In this document: positions 25,920 through 38,382 of the stretch, piece by piece
Layout of the letters: every line of letters begins with the position of its first letter
Position numbering within the stretch: position 1 is the stretch's first letter
Assembly: GCF_001194135.2 (NCBI RefSeq)
Contig: NC_069007.1
Location: forward strand, 644,760 to 697,081
DNA: 52,322 nucleotides
Source of the DNA: Octopus bimaculoides
Taxonomy: Eukaryota
Reading direction: 5' to 3'
Made by a program: the position numbers and the translations under genes
Notes under the pieces: generated by a model
What the model was told of the DNA's origin: nothing
The model's input: only the letters and a program-made list of their open reading frames with translations
Database searches by the model: none

Positions 25920-27105
25920 TATACATACACACACACACACATACATACATATGCATATGCACACGTGTGTGTGTGTATGCTTGAGTGTGCATGCATATAT
26001 TTTAGACACTCCATATCTGACGAATGACAGAAATAGACGAGGTGGCTATGATTAGAATATAGTTGTATCGTATGTCTACTAGATCAGACCTGATCTGTAG
26101 CAAAGAAACTACATTACCAACACCACAATACTTTGGTGCTACAACCACGAAACACACCGACGCAACCAGCTCGGCATCACATCGTTCCAGCCGGCAGCCG
26201 TATCAACAGAACAAGACCTACGTAAACACAAAAAACCACTACCATTGCCATAAGCCCGTAACTACAAAATGGCCGACATAATAAAGACTCGAAAGCAACT
26301 ACAAAAAATTCATTAAATAAAAGCAGGCCTATATTTTATTTAGAGCGAAAGCCATTTAGTTTAGCTTGCATTACCGGGTGAATTGAAATCCTTCGTTTGA
26401 TCCTGGTCATTGATACAAGACTTCACAACACACTAGTATTTCAATGAGGACCATTACAGCAACACAGCCACACGAAAGCTGATAGCAAAAAATAAAATAT
26501 CTACCGATTAATGGACCTTTTTCAGTGGGTTAGTTCTCACGCAAATACCACAAATATACACATACGTAAAATCACACACACACACACACACACACACATT
26601 ATAATCTGCTGCATTGTCACACACACACAAACACACACACAAACACACACACACACACACAGGAAAAAAAAAAGAGGACACAAACGTAAGTAATGGTTCT
26701 AAACACGACATAGAATGCAAAAAAAAAAAAAAAAGAGATGATTCCACTTAAAAAGAATCTGTTTTCTTTTATCATGGTCGGTACTTAACCAGCCTTTATG
26801 AGTTTTGCTTACGTGATTTGTATTAGCCAATGAAATGCTAAGGTCACTCTGCGATAAAGGGGACAGTTTTTCATTACAAAACATTATACTGTCTGACATA
26901 ATATTCTGCTGCACTGTCATACATACCTACATACATACATACATAGACACCCACACATATATATACAGACGTACATTATATATATATAACTATATAAATA
27001 AATATATAATTATATGTATATACACCTACATTCCTTTATATACAATTCGGTGTGGAAGCATATGTACATATACTACAGCTGTACATACGGTTGAGTATTT
27101 AAATA

Positions 27106-27151
<46 letters not shown>

Positions 27152-27163
27152 GACACACACATA

Positions 27164-27655
27164 CAGGATGCGATGGGTAAATTTGCATCATATATTTTTT
27201 ATTTCGCGCATTGTTTTGTTGATTACACGGTATAGTAGGGTCAGTTGAGCACTGTCTGTCACAAAAACAGAACAATGAGGCAGAAATTTGGAAATATCAT
27301 GCTGTACTACTTGGTATTTGCACCGACAGCTCCAATACGAACATCCCAGAGTTTTTGTGTGTCAATCTGCGGACAGTGCTGAGAATTCGGAAAGATTTGG
27401 CTGATTCTAATGGTGTCTACGAAGTACAGCAACTCTAAAATCCCCATTCTGGTAGTCCTGATAAGAAAAGAACTGAATTCATTGGAGAGATCCAAGCCAC
27501 GATTGACAACGATCTCTCCATGACAATCAGGTCCATCGCCAGGGACATGGGAGTGTCTGAGATCTTTATCAGGCAAGTAGTGCATGAAGACACTCGGTAT
27601 TCCTCATACAAGATGAGAAAGGACCAATTTTTATCCCAAGCCAACAAGTACATCT
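27164..27655 (+). mobile_element. DD37D/maT element copy B: 5' part without the shared deletion
   Basis: TA + caggatgcgatgggtaaatt left TIR. Translation IDNDLSMTIRSIARDMGVSEIFIRQVVHEDTRYSSYKMRK (HTH region). Confidence 0.88.
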
Positions 27656-27884
27656 CGAGTTTTTATAATTTCTCATGAAGTGATTGGTCTATATATATTT
27701 AAAGTAGAGACTATTTCATTAGGCAATTCTCAAATATAACAGTTTTCTTGTTACTTCTAATACATGCTAGCCTCTCTTTACAATTAGTTGTCTTAGCTAA
27801 GTTTCCTACCGAGTGACCGAGACCTTTGGTAGTAGACCCTTCAAGCCAAGAGAAATCATAGTTGTGTCCGTTGTTGGTATCACG

Positions 27885-28100
27885 TAGCTGGCACCCGTGC
27901 CGGCGGCACGTAGAAAGCACCTATCGAAAGTTGGGCCTCACAGAAGAAATGTGATATGTCGAACTTCTTTCAGTTTTTGTCTACCGAATTCTTAGTCGGG
28001 CCGAGACTATAGTGGAGGACAATTACCCAAGGTTCCAAGCGGTGGGATTGAACGTAAAACCATCTGATTGGAAAATGAGCTTTTTACTACACGCCTACGC
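27885..28100 (-). mobile_element. Family B-like SINE head with a different 3' region, diverged
   Basis: ttctttcagtttttgtctacc...ggccgag.ctatagt.ga.gac...ccaagg and B-box-like gttcaatccc on the minus strand. Confidence 0.65.
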
Positions 28101-28111
28101 TACTTTCATAT

Positions 28112-28168
<57 letters not shown>

Positions 28169-29423
28169 TTTTTTGGTGTTGTTTGTACGCACAAAGAACA
28201 GTTACAGCATAAAATCCTTATTTCTTCTTAAATTAAAGCAAATATATTTGTTTCTCAACGACCACCCATCAAACTTATTCTCTTTCAAGGCTTTGAAATC
28301 TTTCGAAAAAGATCAGGAACCTTCAACTCGACTCATGGCTCTGCCACCTGCTCATTAATAAACCATCACATGCAAACACGAAAACACAGACACACAGACA
28401 TATATGTGTATGTGTCTATTCGTACTTTATATATTAGAGAGTGTGTGTTTCTTTTTGCGTGTGTATATATCTATACAGCTACTGTGGAATAATTGTGGCG
28501 ACTTCAAAAGCCGATGCGGTAAGTAATTCACCTGTTTAATGAACACAGTCAAAGGCTTGTATGCTATTTGTTATATCAGTAAAACCAGCTCTATATTATA
28601 ATCAATCTCATCTCCACCACCGCCATCGCCGCCGGCACCGCCATCGCCAGAACCAAGAGAACCACTTTCATCATATTAGAAATACCACCACCACCACCAC
28701 CACCACCACCCACACCTTTAAAACCACGACGCCCCCACCACAACACTTCGTCTCCTTCCTGAAATCATGCACTTGCGATGTGTCCATCAGAACGAAATCT
28801 CGTCACCATCATGCACAGTAATCATTTAAGTACCATTTTGACAGTNNNNNNNNNNNNNNNNNNNNNNNNNNNNNNNNNNNNNNNNNNNNNNNNNNNNNNN
28901 NNNNNNNNNNNNNNNNNNNNNNNNNNNNNNNNNNNNNNNNNNNNNNNNNNNNNNNNNNNNNNNNNNNNNNNNNNNNNNNNNNNNNNNNNNNNNNNNNNNN
29001 NNNNNNNNNNNNNNNNNNNNNNNNNNNNNNNNNNNNNNNNNNNNNNNNNNNNNNNNNNNNNNNNNNNNNNNNNNNNNNNNNNNNNNNNNNNNNNNNNNNN
29101 NNNNNNNNNNNNNNNNNNNNNNNNNNNNNNNNNNNNNNNNNNNNNNNNNNNNNNNNNNNNNNNNNNNNNNNNNNNNNNNNNNNNNNNNNNNNNNNNNNNN
29201 NNNNNNNNNNNNNNNNNNNNNNNNNNNNNNNNNNNNNNNNNNNNNNNNNNNNNNNNNNNNNNNNNNNNNNNNNNATATATATATATATATATATATATAT
29301 ACGCATAACTAAATAAATAGGTATATGTATGTAGTCTTTCTCTATATATCTCCCTACACTCCCTCTCTCTCTTGTATATGTGATATATATATAGACACTC
29401 TCTCTCTCACACACACACACATT

Positions 29424-29455
<32 letters not shown>

Positions 29456-29592
29456 AATAAGTGTACGTATAATTTCATGTATATATTCGAAACCTGCAGC
29501 AATGTGAAGAATCGAATCGAGCCAGCAGCATGTCTAATTGTGCGATTTTCTTGGTGCAACCTCCTCTCGGCCAATTTCGAAGTCAGACTTAC

Positions 29593-29726
29593 CATTCCTG
29601 TTAATAACCTCTTCTAAGATTTGTTTTCTATCTGTAGTTCTAGCTTTAACCATGAGATTTAACATGTGTGTTCAAACAGAGGCTCGACTTTCTTTCCAGA
29701 TACCTGTCATATCACACAAATATTCT
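29593..29726 (-). other. Candidate start-codon-bearing exon (unassigned)
   Basis: U-rich tract + AG, ATG at 29665 preceded by an in-frame stop, MLNLMVKARTTDRKQILEEVINRN, then ATG|GTAAGT. Confidence 0.3.
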
Positions 29727-30999
29727 CTTCAAATTGAAAAGATTGATTGAAAAATGAAATTAAAAATAAGGCGGGAAAAACCCCTCCCGGCGCTTTTGGA
29801 TTACAATTCCGATTTGGAGGTGAACAGTTACAAAAACCAGAAAGAAATTCAAAAATGAAAGAGTAGCATTAATTTCGAGACAGATGTAAGAAAGTAAGAC
29901 AAAAAATTCCAGTCGGAAGAAACAACAACCGCTATTTGCTAAGCTGTCTGAATTAAAAGATTTTGAATTACAAAGACGAAATGCTAAAAGCGAGGCTCTG
30001 CGAAGATAAATCTTTAAGCTTTTAGAAAAGATTCAAGTTTTTAAGAGTTGTACGTTGTAGATCTCTATGGTTGTAGGCAAATAACAAAGGCTACCGAACC
30101 CAGCGCACGAACCAACCGCTGAACACACACCTACATCACAAAATATATCAAAAATTTTGTTTATCGCTAGTACTTCTGACTAATGCGTAGTCACATGAAA
30201 TGCTAGTTATAGTAGGTAAATCTCATTGAAATTATTCTGTATCGTCTGAAAGAAGGTACGATATATTGCACGATATAGTCTGGCAAAGAAGACTGAATAT
30301 TTATGGCTGATATCAGTGGACAGATTGACCCCAGGCACATGACAATGCAACGCTTAGATAGGAGACTAATGACATAAACGTCAATAGAAATTCGCATCGT
30401 TTTATTTGAAAGGCTGTCGACTGGATAATATCTTCCGTCACGGCGAAGAAACGGTTTCTCATGGGAATATAAGCAACCATATTGTAAGCAAGTCACGGCT
30501 ACACGCTGTGCTGCTGTTGGTTTTAAGATCGAAGCCAAGTCGATAAAGCTGATCTGCAACCAAAACTATTTCCCCACCTCTCTATGAGAGAACTTAATAA
30601 GTGTTGTTTGAGACAGATATAGCTATTGTTATTAAGATTCCAAACTCTTGTATAACCGTGTCTCTTTCTCGTACTGCTACATGTGTACGATTAGATAAAA
30701 ATAAGTATTAACATTTGGTATTCCAAATAGTTGATGTCGAGGCTGAGATCTTATGGAATGGTTGATCCTTAAACCACCCTGTCTGCTATTTCACACAATT
30801 TAATGTAGTTGATTTTTCTTTAACCTCCGAGACGCATTTCTTGTTTTATTCCTAGGTCTTTATACAAGATATCAATTTTGATATGAGTGCCATAATATTT
30901 TTTCACTAATCATATGTAAAGAAAGACCATATGTATTTTGTCTGTCAGCCACGAGCTTTAGGTGGGTTGTGTGTGTCTCTTTCACCCATACTTGTGCTA

Positions 31000-31094
31000 G
31001 TCTTTACGTTCTGAGTTCAAGTTCCGCTGATGTAGACTTTGCCTTTCATCGATAAAATAAGTACCAGCTGAGCACTGGGGTCGATGTAACCGGC
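31000..31094 (+). mobile_element. Family A SINE fragment
   Basis: gtctttacgttctgagttcaagttccg...actttgcctttcatcgataaaataagtaccag. Confidence 0.85.
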
Positions 31095-32207
31095 TTTTGA
31101 GCGTCGTGTTTGAATCCTTCATCTCTTCATCTGCATAGAAGAATGAAAAAAGAATGAGAAAAGCATTGCTTATCCTTTTTTTAATTTTATTTTTCGAGAT
31201 TGTTGCAAACACGTATTTGATAATTAAAGGCTAAATGTCTTCTTGTATATTTGATACTTAATATTTAATATTCTCTAATTCTGTATACGCTTGCGTTTCC
31301 TCATTTTGTGCATCTTCAGTGCAAAATGCAGATGTATATAGATTTGTACCAGTTCAGGCAAAGAAGTTAAACAAGAATATGTTGGGGAGAGAGAGAGAGA
31401 GAAAGAGAGAAGGAGAGAAAGATAGAAAAAGAGAGAGAGAGAGACAGAAATAACAGAAGTAAGAAGAAAAAGTTACTACATTAATTTGAGATGGAAATAC
31501 GAATGAATGATAATTATTTTCGCGAAAAAGCCTGCAGCAGTTGATCACATTGGAACATTTCGGAAAATTTCCGTTTCAGTTTGTTCTTCTTCGATTTAAC
31601 CATTTCAGTTATCCGGTGTGTTCGTTTATGTTTCCGAAGGGCGACTTGAATAGTGAAATGGGAAAGTAAAAAAGACTAAAAGATCACTTCCGGTTTTGAT
31701 TTATATTTATTTTGGTTCTGTGTTGAAATCCTGTAAATATTGATTTTCTTGTCATTAATTGTATTAAGGTTAGGATGATATAAGTATGATTGAGGGAGAT
31801 TGCACTGCTATGTTTAGCAGCTCCGGTGTTTCAACTTCCGCTATAGAGATAATCAACGATGTCTTTGGAAGAAAAACAAACATTGTTCACCTCATTGACA
31901 ACCACTCAAGCTAGAAATAGCAACAGAATGCACCAAATATCTGACGCTTTACTATTTTAGAAACATCGGAATTATGGCTAATTTGATTTTGTGAGTGAGA
32001 CGTGATGGGCATTGCAAGATTGTATTGACCAGCGTTAAATAACTAACTACTACTATTACTACTGCTGCTGTCGGTGCTGCATCGTCCACCAACAGTTTTT
32101 TTCTCTCCTCATCAGAACCACCATCATTATCATCATCGCCTCCTCCGCCTTATCTTCAATATTACGCTCTTTACTCGTCACAAAAAACGAGCGCGATCCT
32201 CTCCAGG

Positions 32208-33070
32208 GTACCAATTACACACTGGGGTCGATGTGATCGGCTATTCTGTCCCCCCAATTTCAGGCCTTGTGCCTATAATAGAAAGGATTATTGCGAAGGT
32301 GGCGGCGAGCTGGCACAATCATTAGCATGCAGGACGAAATACATAGCGGCGTTTCGTCCGTCTAAGTTCAAATTGAATAGAGGGCGACTTCGCCTTTCAT
32401 CGTTTCAGGATCGATAAAATAAGTACCAGTGAAACACTGAGGTCGATGTAATCATCTGCCCACCCACCCCCTCCCCAAAATTTCAGGACTTGTAGCTTCA
32501 CTAGAAAGGATTATTTTTATTGTCAAGTCGGTGGTTTTTATTATTGTCACTGGGGTCGATGTGATCACCTCGTCCCCTCCCCCACAATTTCAAAACTTGT
32601 GCCTTTAGTAGAAAGGATTATGAAGAAGGTAGCGAGCTGGCAGAACCATTCTCCACAAATTTCAGGCCTCGTGCCTTAAATAGAAAGAATTATTATTATT
32701 ATTAAGGCGGCGAGCTGGTAGAATCATTAGCACAGCAGGGAAAGTGCTTAGCGGCATTTCGTCCATCTTTACTTTCTGAGTTCAAATTCCACGGAGGTCG
32801 ACTTTGCCTGTCATCGTTTCGCGGTCGATAAAATAAGTACCAGTGATGGTGTCGATATAATCGACTAGTCCACTCCCAAGAAGTCGCTGGCCTTATGCCA
32901 AAATTTTAAACCATTATTATCATTATTATTATTAAGAGCTCAAAATTCCTTCGAGGTCGACTTTACCTCTCATATTTTGGGGATCGATAAAATTGTGCAC
33001 CGATGTCGATAAAATCAACATACACCCTTTCTCCAGGATTTGCTGGCCTTGTGCAAAATATTTGAAATTA
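32208..33070 (+). mobile_element. Head-to-tail array of about six family A SINE units or fragments
   Basis: Heads ggcg(g/a)cgagctgg at 32301, about 32630 and 32706. Tails (caggcc/ac)ttgtgcct...gaaaggatt or gctggcctt.tgccaaaattt end near 32292, 32515, 32622, 32704, 32935 and 33070. Confidence 0.88.
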
Positions 33071-33598
33071 TGCTGCTACTAATAATGCTATTCTTATTTT
33101 CACTTTTGTTTATATCCTCTTTACTACCACCAGCATCATCGACACCATTACCATCATATATTTACTGTAAGTATTTTGCTATTTATATTTTTTTGTCTTG
33201 ACATCTACATTTCTACATTTGTGTTCTATTACGTTTTTATTTTTCTGGATAAAATCTCTTTTTGCTTCATTCTATATTTCTTCGTCAATCGCCAACCGGT
33301 GCCCTACAGCTCGTTACCAAAATTCTGTATTGATTTTGTATCTAAGCATACGTATGTATACGTCAGTACGAACGTGTCTGCAAGTTTTACACCGTGTTTC
33401 GTCTCTTTTTTTTTGTTTGTATTCTTGTATCTAACTTGTTTACCCACGAGCAACACGTACAAGACTTTTTTCTTCTTATGTCACTGATACAAAGACATCC
33501 TATCGCTACACACTAATGTTATATTTATTCTTCATTTTGTTTTTCTCTCCTCTCTCCGACATACATATAGATATACATACATGCATATACATACAAAC

Positions 33599-33656
<58 letters not shown>

Positions 33657-33737
33657 ACATACACATGTGCTCATACATACATATATGTATATATAAACAC
33701 ATACATATACGTGTATTCCTATATGTATATACATATA

Positions 33738-33775
<38 letters not shown>

Positions 33776-34078
33776 AGCGTGCATATATAAGTTTCTGTTT
33801 GCTGTGTTTAAGCATTAACACAATGTAACTTGCTTCCTTACATATGCCACGTCTAGTTTACAAATACACTCGCACAGACACACGTTCACATGGATACACT
33901 GATATGTATGACTCAAGGGGCGTGAGTTTCGTGTTGTACCCAGCCATGAGGTTGTTCATTGACTTTTATTTCCCCTCCTTGTTCCACAAAAATATCTATC
34001 TATCTATAAAACCACACACCTATGCATATACACATTTATGCATGCACCTCTACCTTCACCCATGCACACACGTATACA

Positions 34079-34146
<68 letters not shown>

Positions 34147-34494
34147 AAGTGTAGTCCTACGTAGGAAGAAATTTTTGGGATTTTGTAATTTTAAACATAC
34201 TTAAACTCCTCCACTACTTTTTTTTATTATATATATTGGTAACATCGAATAGCAGAAAGACTGCCAGAACTAGTTTGCTATGCGAATAAATCAATTTAAA
34301 AATTGCTACACGTTTTTTAGATTCAGGTGCATTTTCAAACACCAAAACGGATACTCTCTTACATATATATATATATATAAATAAATAAATATGTATAGCA
34401 AAAATTTAGATACAGATGGATATGGTACTAAAATGGAGGCACAGAATTTAGTACGGTATTATCCATACAATTTCAAAAGAAGGTGATTAAAATC

Positions 34495-34803
34495 AAAATA
34501 AGCAACAAAGATATCCAGAGGTAATGCAGTACAATCGTTTCAAGCAACTCCATTTAATTGAACAATGCAATGATTACATCAATTTAAATTCAGAGCAACC
34601 CACAGCTGCATAAAACATAGAATTTAATTGAATTAAAAAACAGATGAACACATTACCCCAAGAAGGTAAGTAGATAGACAGAGAACATGCTGTCTTCATT
34701 CCAGCTTAGAAGCTAAATTGATGTAATGATTGCATTGTTCAATTAAATGAAGTTGCTTGAAACGATCGTACTGTATCACCTCTGGATAGCCTTGTTTATT
34801 TTT
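34495..34803. repeat. About 92-bp inverted repeat with a ~127-bp spacer (possible MITE or fold-back)
   Basis: Arm 34495-34586 is the reverse complement of 34714-34803 with only scattered mismatches. Confidence 0.9.
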
Positions 34804-35372
34804 ATTATATATATATATGCATATGTATGTATGTGTGTATGCAGAGATGGAGAGAGAGAGAGAGGGCGTTAGAGTGAGAGGTAAGGTGAGAGAGATTCTT
34901 ACATTCCTGCATAATAGTTGCTTCAATTCCTACAATCATGGAGAACCTTCTCGGACACATTTCCTGCGTTTGGACACATGCGATCTTTATGTTCATGAAG
35001 TACTATTGTTTCTCCGTATTTATCTCCTCCTTAATACCTTACGTTTTTATCGAACGCAGTAAAGAAATATCTGCTAATACACAAACATATATATATATAT
35101 ATATATATATGCACGTGTGTATGTATCTATGTGTGTGTTGTGTACAAGAGCATCTGGCGTAAAGTTAAAACAGATCGATAAGCATCAACACAATTGATGT
35201 CAGAATTGCTGAAGAAATCTTAAGTAGAAGAGGTTGACATCAAAATTATTATAAATAACTTCTGCTTACCATTTTCTCTACGTCATTATCTCCTGCGTTT
35301 GTGACCATATACACACTTATGCACATACATATAATGTATATACCTTTTGTGTTCATGTCAATATTGTGTGTG

Positions 35373-35413
<41 letters not shown>

Positions 35414-35554
35414 ATTAGTGTAGATTTAGAAAACGCAAATATATATGTATATATATATATACATATATACACACTCGACTTTATTTATGTATATATACAC
35501 ATATATATGTATACATATATACACACTCAACTATTTATGCATGTATGTATGTAC

Positions 35555-35626
<72 letters not shown>

Positions 35627-36400
35627 GAAAGCGCTTATACACACACACACACCTGAGTGTGTGTGTGTGTAAAAATCTCAATGGCCTAGAAGGCGGACTG
35701 ATTTTGATGATAGACTGAATAACAAACAATCATTAAGCCAATGACTCTCGAGATATGCGTTCGAATTTCATTCTCTCCCTAATTCCCGTAATTCTTTTAT
35801 TGTAGATATGTGGAGGCTCTAATTCCGGTTCTGAATGTCAATTAATTACAAATGTTATCATGATTTCGATTTTTTTCGACGTGGTAAATTTAGCAGCTAA
35901 ATCTCCCTACATTTTCAAAAGAATTTGAAAATCTACGATCGGGAATAGAAATCGATGATGTGGTCAAAGTTCGGATGATTTGATTATAGGTTCGTATGAT
36001 TATGATGACTTGGATCAGAAGTGGAACACAGATGAACAAGTACAGAAACATTTTGAGCGAAAGAACAGCCAAATCCTCCTCACATCGCTCCGTTCTGACT
36101 TAAAGATGTAAATTACGCATTGTATCATGTAGATTTAAACACACCCTTTAAATCTACGTGATTATCAGAGCTGGAATGTCTCTCATCATACGACTGACAC
36201 GTCAGAGACATTCCAACCATGCCCATACATCAAGAGTTATGTCTGGAATTAAACTAGATTGGATTATTAAATGGATAGGGTGAGTTGATTGGAGAGGAAG
36301 TTGGCCGCTCGGTTATTGTTAACAACCAAAAACGATGTAATTTCAGAAAGGCATAACATATATATATATATATAAAATATAATTATATAACGTGCATGAA

Positions 36401-36690
36401 GGCGCGTGGCTTAGTGGTTAGGGTAATCGGTTCTGAATCGTGCGAGCGTGAGTTCAATTCCCTAAGGTGCGTTGTGTCCTTCAGCAAGACAATTTCTTTT
36501 ATGTCTATTCAGTCCGCCCAACTGGCAAAGGGACGTAACACCTGTATTTGAAAGGGCCAGCCTCGTCACGTTCTGTGTCATGCTGAATCTCCCCGAGAAT
36601 AACGTCAAAGGTATGCATGCCTGTGGACTACTCAGCCACTTGCACTTTAATTTCACGAACAAGCTGTTCGGTTAATCGGAGTGACGGTGC
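36401..36690 (+). mobile_element. Family C tRNA-derived SINE, near full length
   Basis: A box tggcttagtgg (36407-36417), B box gagttcaattc (36450-36460), then gttgtgtccttcagcaagaca. Confidence 0.85.
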
Positions 36691-38139
36691 CGTATAACAT
36701 GCAAAATATCAAATATAATCACGCACGAAACACATTACTTTTGAAATTAACATAAAACATACAAAAATATGGAGTATAACATTACAAGGTAACTATATCT
36801 GTATTTGATATTGCTTACCTGATAACAATGTTTTACATTTTTAGAAACACTTCTAAACCCAAGGATTTTTTTTACTGGTTATTCCAATTGGTATTATTTA
36901 TAGCTTTGTTTACTTTGAGTCGAAAACGGTAACCATTTAGTACTGATAGTTTGAAAACAAATAATTTCCCGAGGGTTCTATGGAGCAATTAGAGAGGAAC
37001 AGAAATTCGAAACAGCATCACTGAAACTTTCAATTAAACATCGATTATATGGTACCTCATCTTTAAGCGAAATCCCACATTTATGTAAATTTCACGTAGA
37101 TAAACCTTAATACCTCTCAATGGAGCATGTGATAAAATATTCATATATGCACATGCGGACACATAAATTTGCATAAATCCATATAAATATACATGCATAT
37201 GTACAGTGATATATTCAATGCCTTCTTGTGTAGATAGCTGATTGTGGTTAGATGAACTCTGAAAAGGACATAACTTAAAGTGGCAGGAAACCACTCTATT
37301 CAATACTTTGCCTCTAACCAAACATAACCTGTTCATCGTCTTTATCATTCATTGGGTAACACTCCAACATATAATGAACCGTCAAATGTATCCAATTCTC
37401 TGTTTCTCTCTATTTCTTTTATTAGTTTACTCTTTTCTATTATAAGCACAAGGTGTGATTTACTAGTTTATATAACCTCTTGTTGAGCCAGTTTCTTTAC
37501 AATACATCCATCCTAGACGGTATTTCGACAAGACCAAGACAGCTCACCGTTTACCTTATTCCATAATATGTACACAGACTGAGTCTGAACTACAAAATTT
37601 TATTTCGGGATTTGAGGTAATAAAGTTATGTCTAATGTACCTGCATTATTAGTATCGATCACGCCTAAAGATTCTGAGTTCAAATCCAATATGACACACA
37701 TGTAGCTGGGATAAGCATAGCTGATGCAAGCTTTCATAGTACATCTGGAGAAAAAGGGGATCAGGAGTAGGATAACTGCCTCACCTCCTTCCACGACATT
37801 CGAAGATCAGGAAATCGGCCATGAGATGGTTCATTCCTAGTAAATCTACAACAATGGTACAACCATTCTTACTGACTTCAACATGATACAGTCCTTGTAC
37901 AAAAACTATGAACTGACATAAAAAAAAACATACAAATTGACAAAAAAAAAACCCCCAAAAAACTGGTGATGATCAGAATTCAAAGTGATCGAAGTATATA
38001 TAATTAATTTAATTCCTCATGATGATGTTATAATCTTGCCAGTAATAAATCGCGAGAGATATTTAAAAAATGATGTACTTAAAGTTTGATGTTTCGAGAG
38101 GAGAATGTTTTTGGGGACTAGAGGATAGTTCATAGGTGG

Positions 38140-38382
38140 TTATTCGGAGTTCGTGCAATTGATGTTAGTGATGGAAAAAGACAGATTCCCGGAGGAAGAC
38201 AAACGTGAGTTCCAGAGTGTTCTATAGGTGAAGGAGCAGAATAAGTCCGAATCAAAATATTTAGAAAATGGTTTTAGACGAATGAGACAAAATAAATATT
38301 GAGGTGAAGTCGTTTGAGACGTCAGGGTCCTATATGGTCTGACTTTAAGTACAAAGCCTGTATTTACTGGTTGAGTAAACAA
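38140..38382 (-). mobile_element. L2/CR1-like LINE 3' remnant
   Basis: Minus frame ...SDLFCSFTYRTLWNSRLSSSGNLSFSITNIN resembles the SFF.RT..LWNSLP....NL..FK.NIN terminus of L2/CR1-group LINEs. Confidence 0.5.

Noticed and set aside
32208-33070. CRISPR-like repeat array
   Set aside because: Eukaryotic SINE units of variable length, with no constant short repeat/spacer pattern and no cas genes.
34741-34775. Hammerhead-like GAAAC-GATC-GTA in the inverted-repeat arm
   Set aside because: No CUGANGA core or valid stem II upstream.
35990-36107. Protein-like open exon candidate (GSYDYDDLDQKWNTDEQVQKHFERK...) in phase with the 34644 micro-exon
   Set aside because: Both ends match the old dispersed repeat, and the GTAAAT donor is weak.
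36401-36475. tRNA gene-like A/B boxes (also at 15610-15680, 22710-22780 and 49211-49290)
   Set aside because: No complete cloverleaf; each continues into a SINE body.
38136-38204. AG...GTGAGT exon candidate open in two frames
   Set aside because: It is the antisense of an L2/CR1-like 3' remnant and has a purine-rich acceptor.
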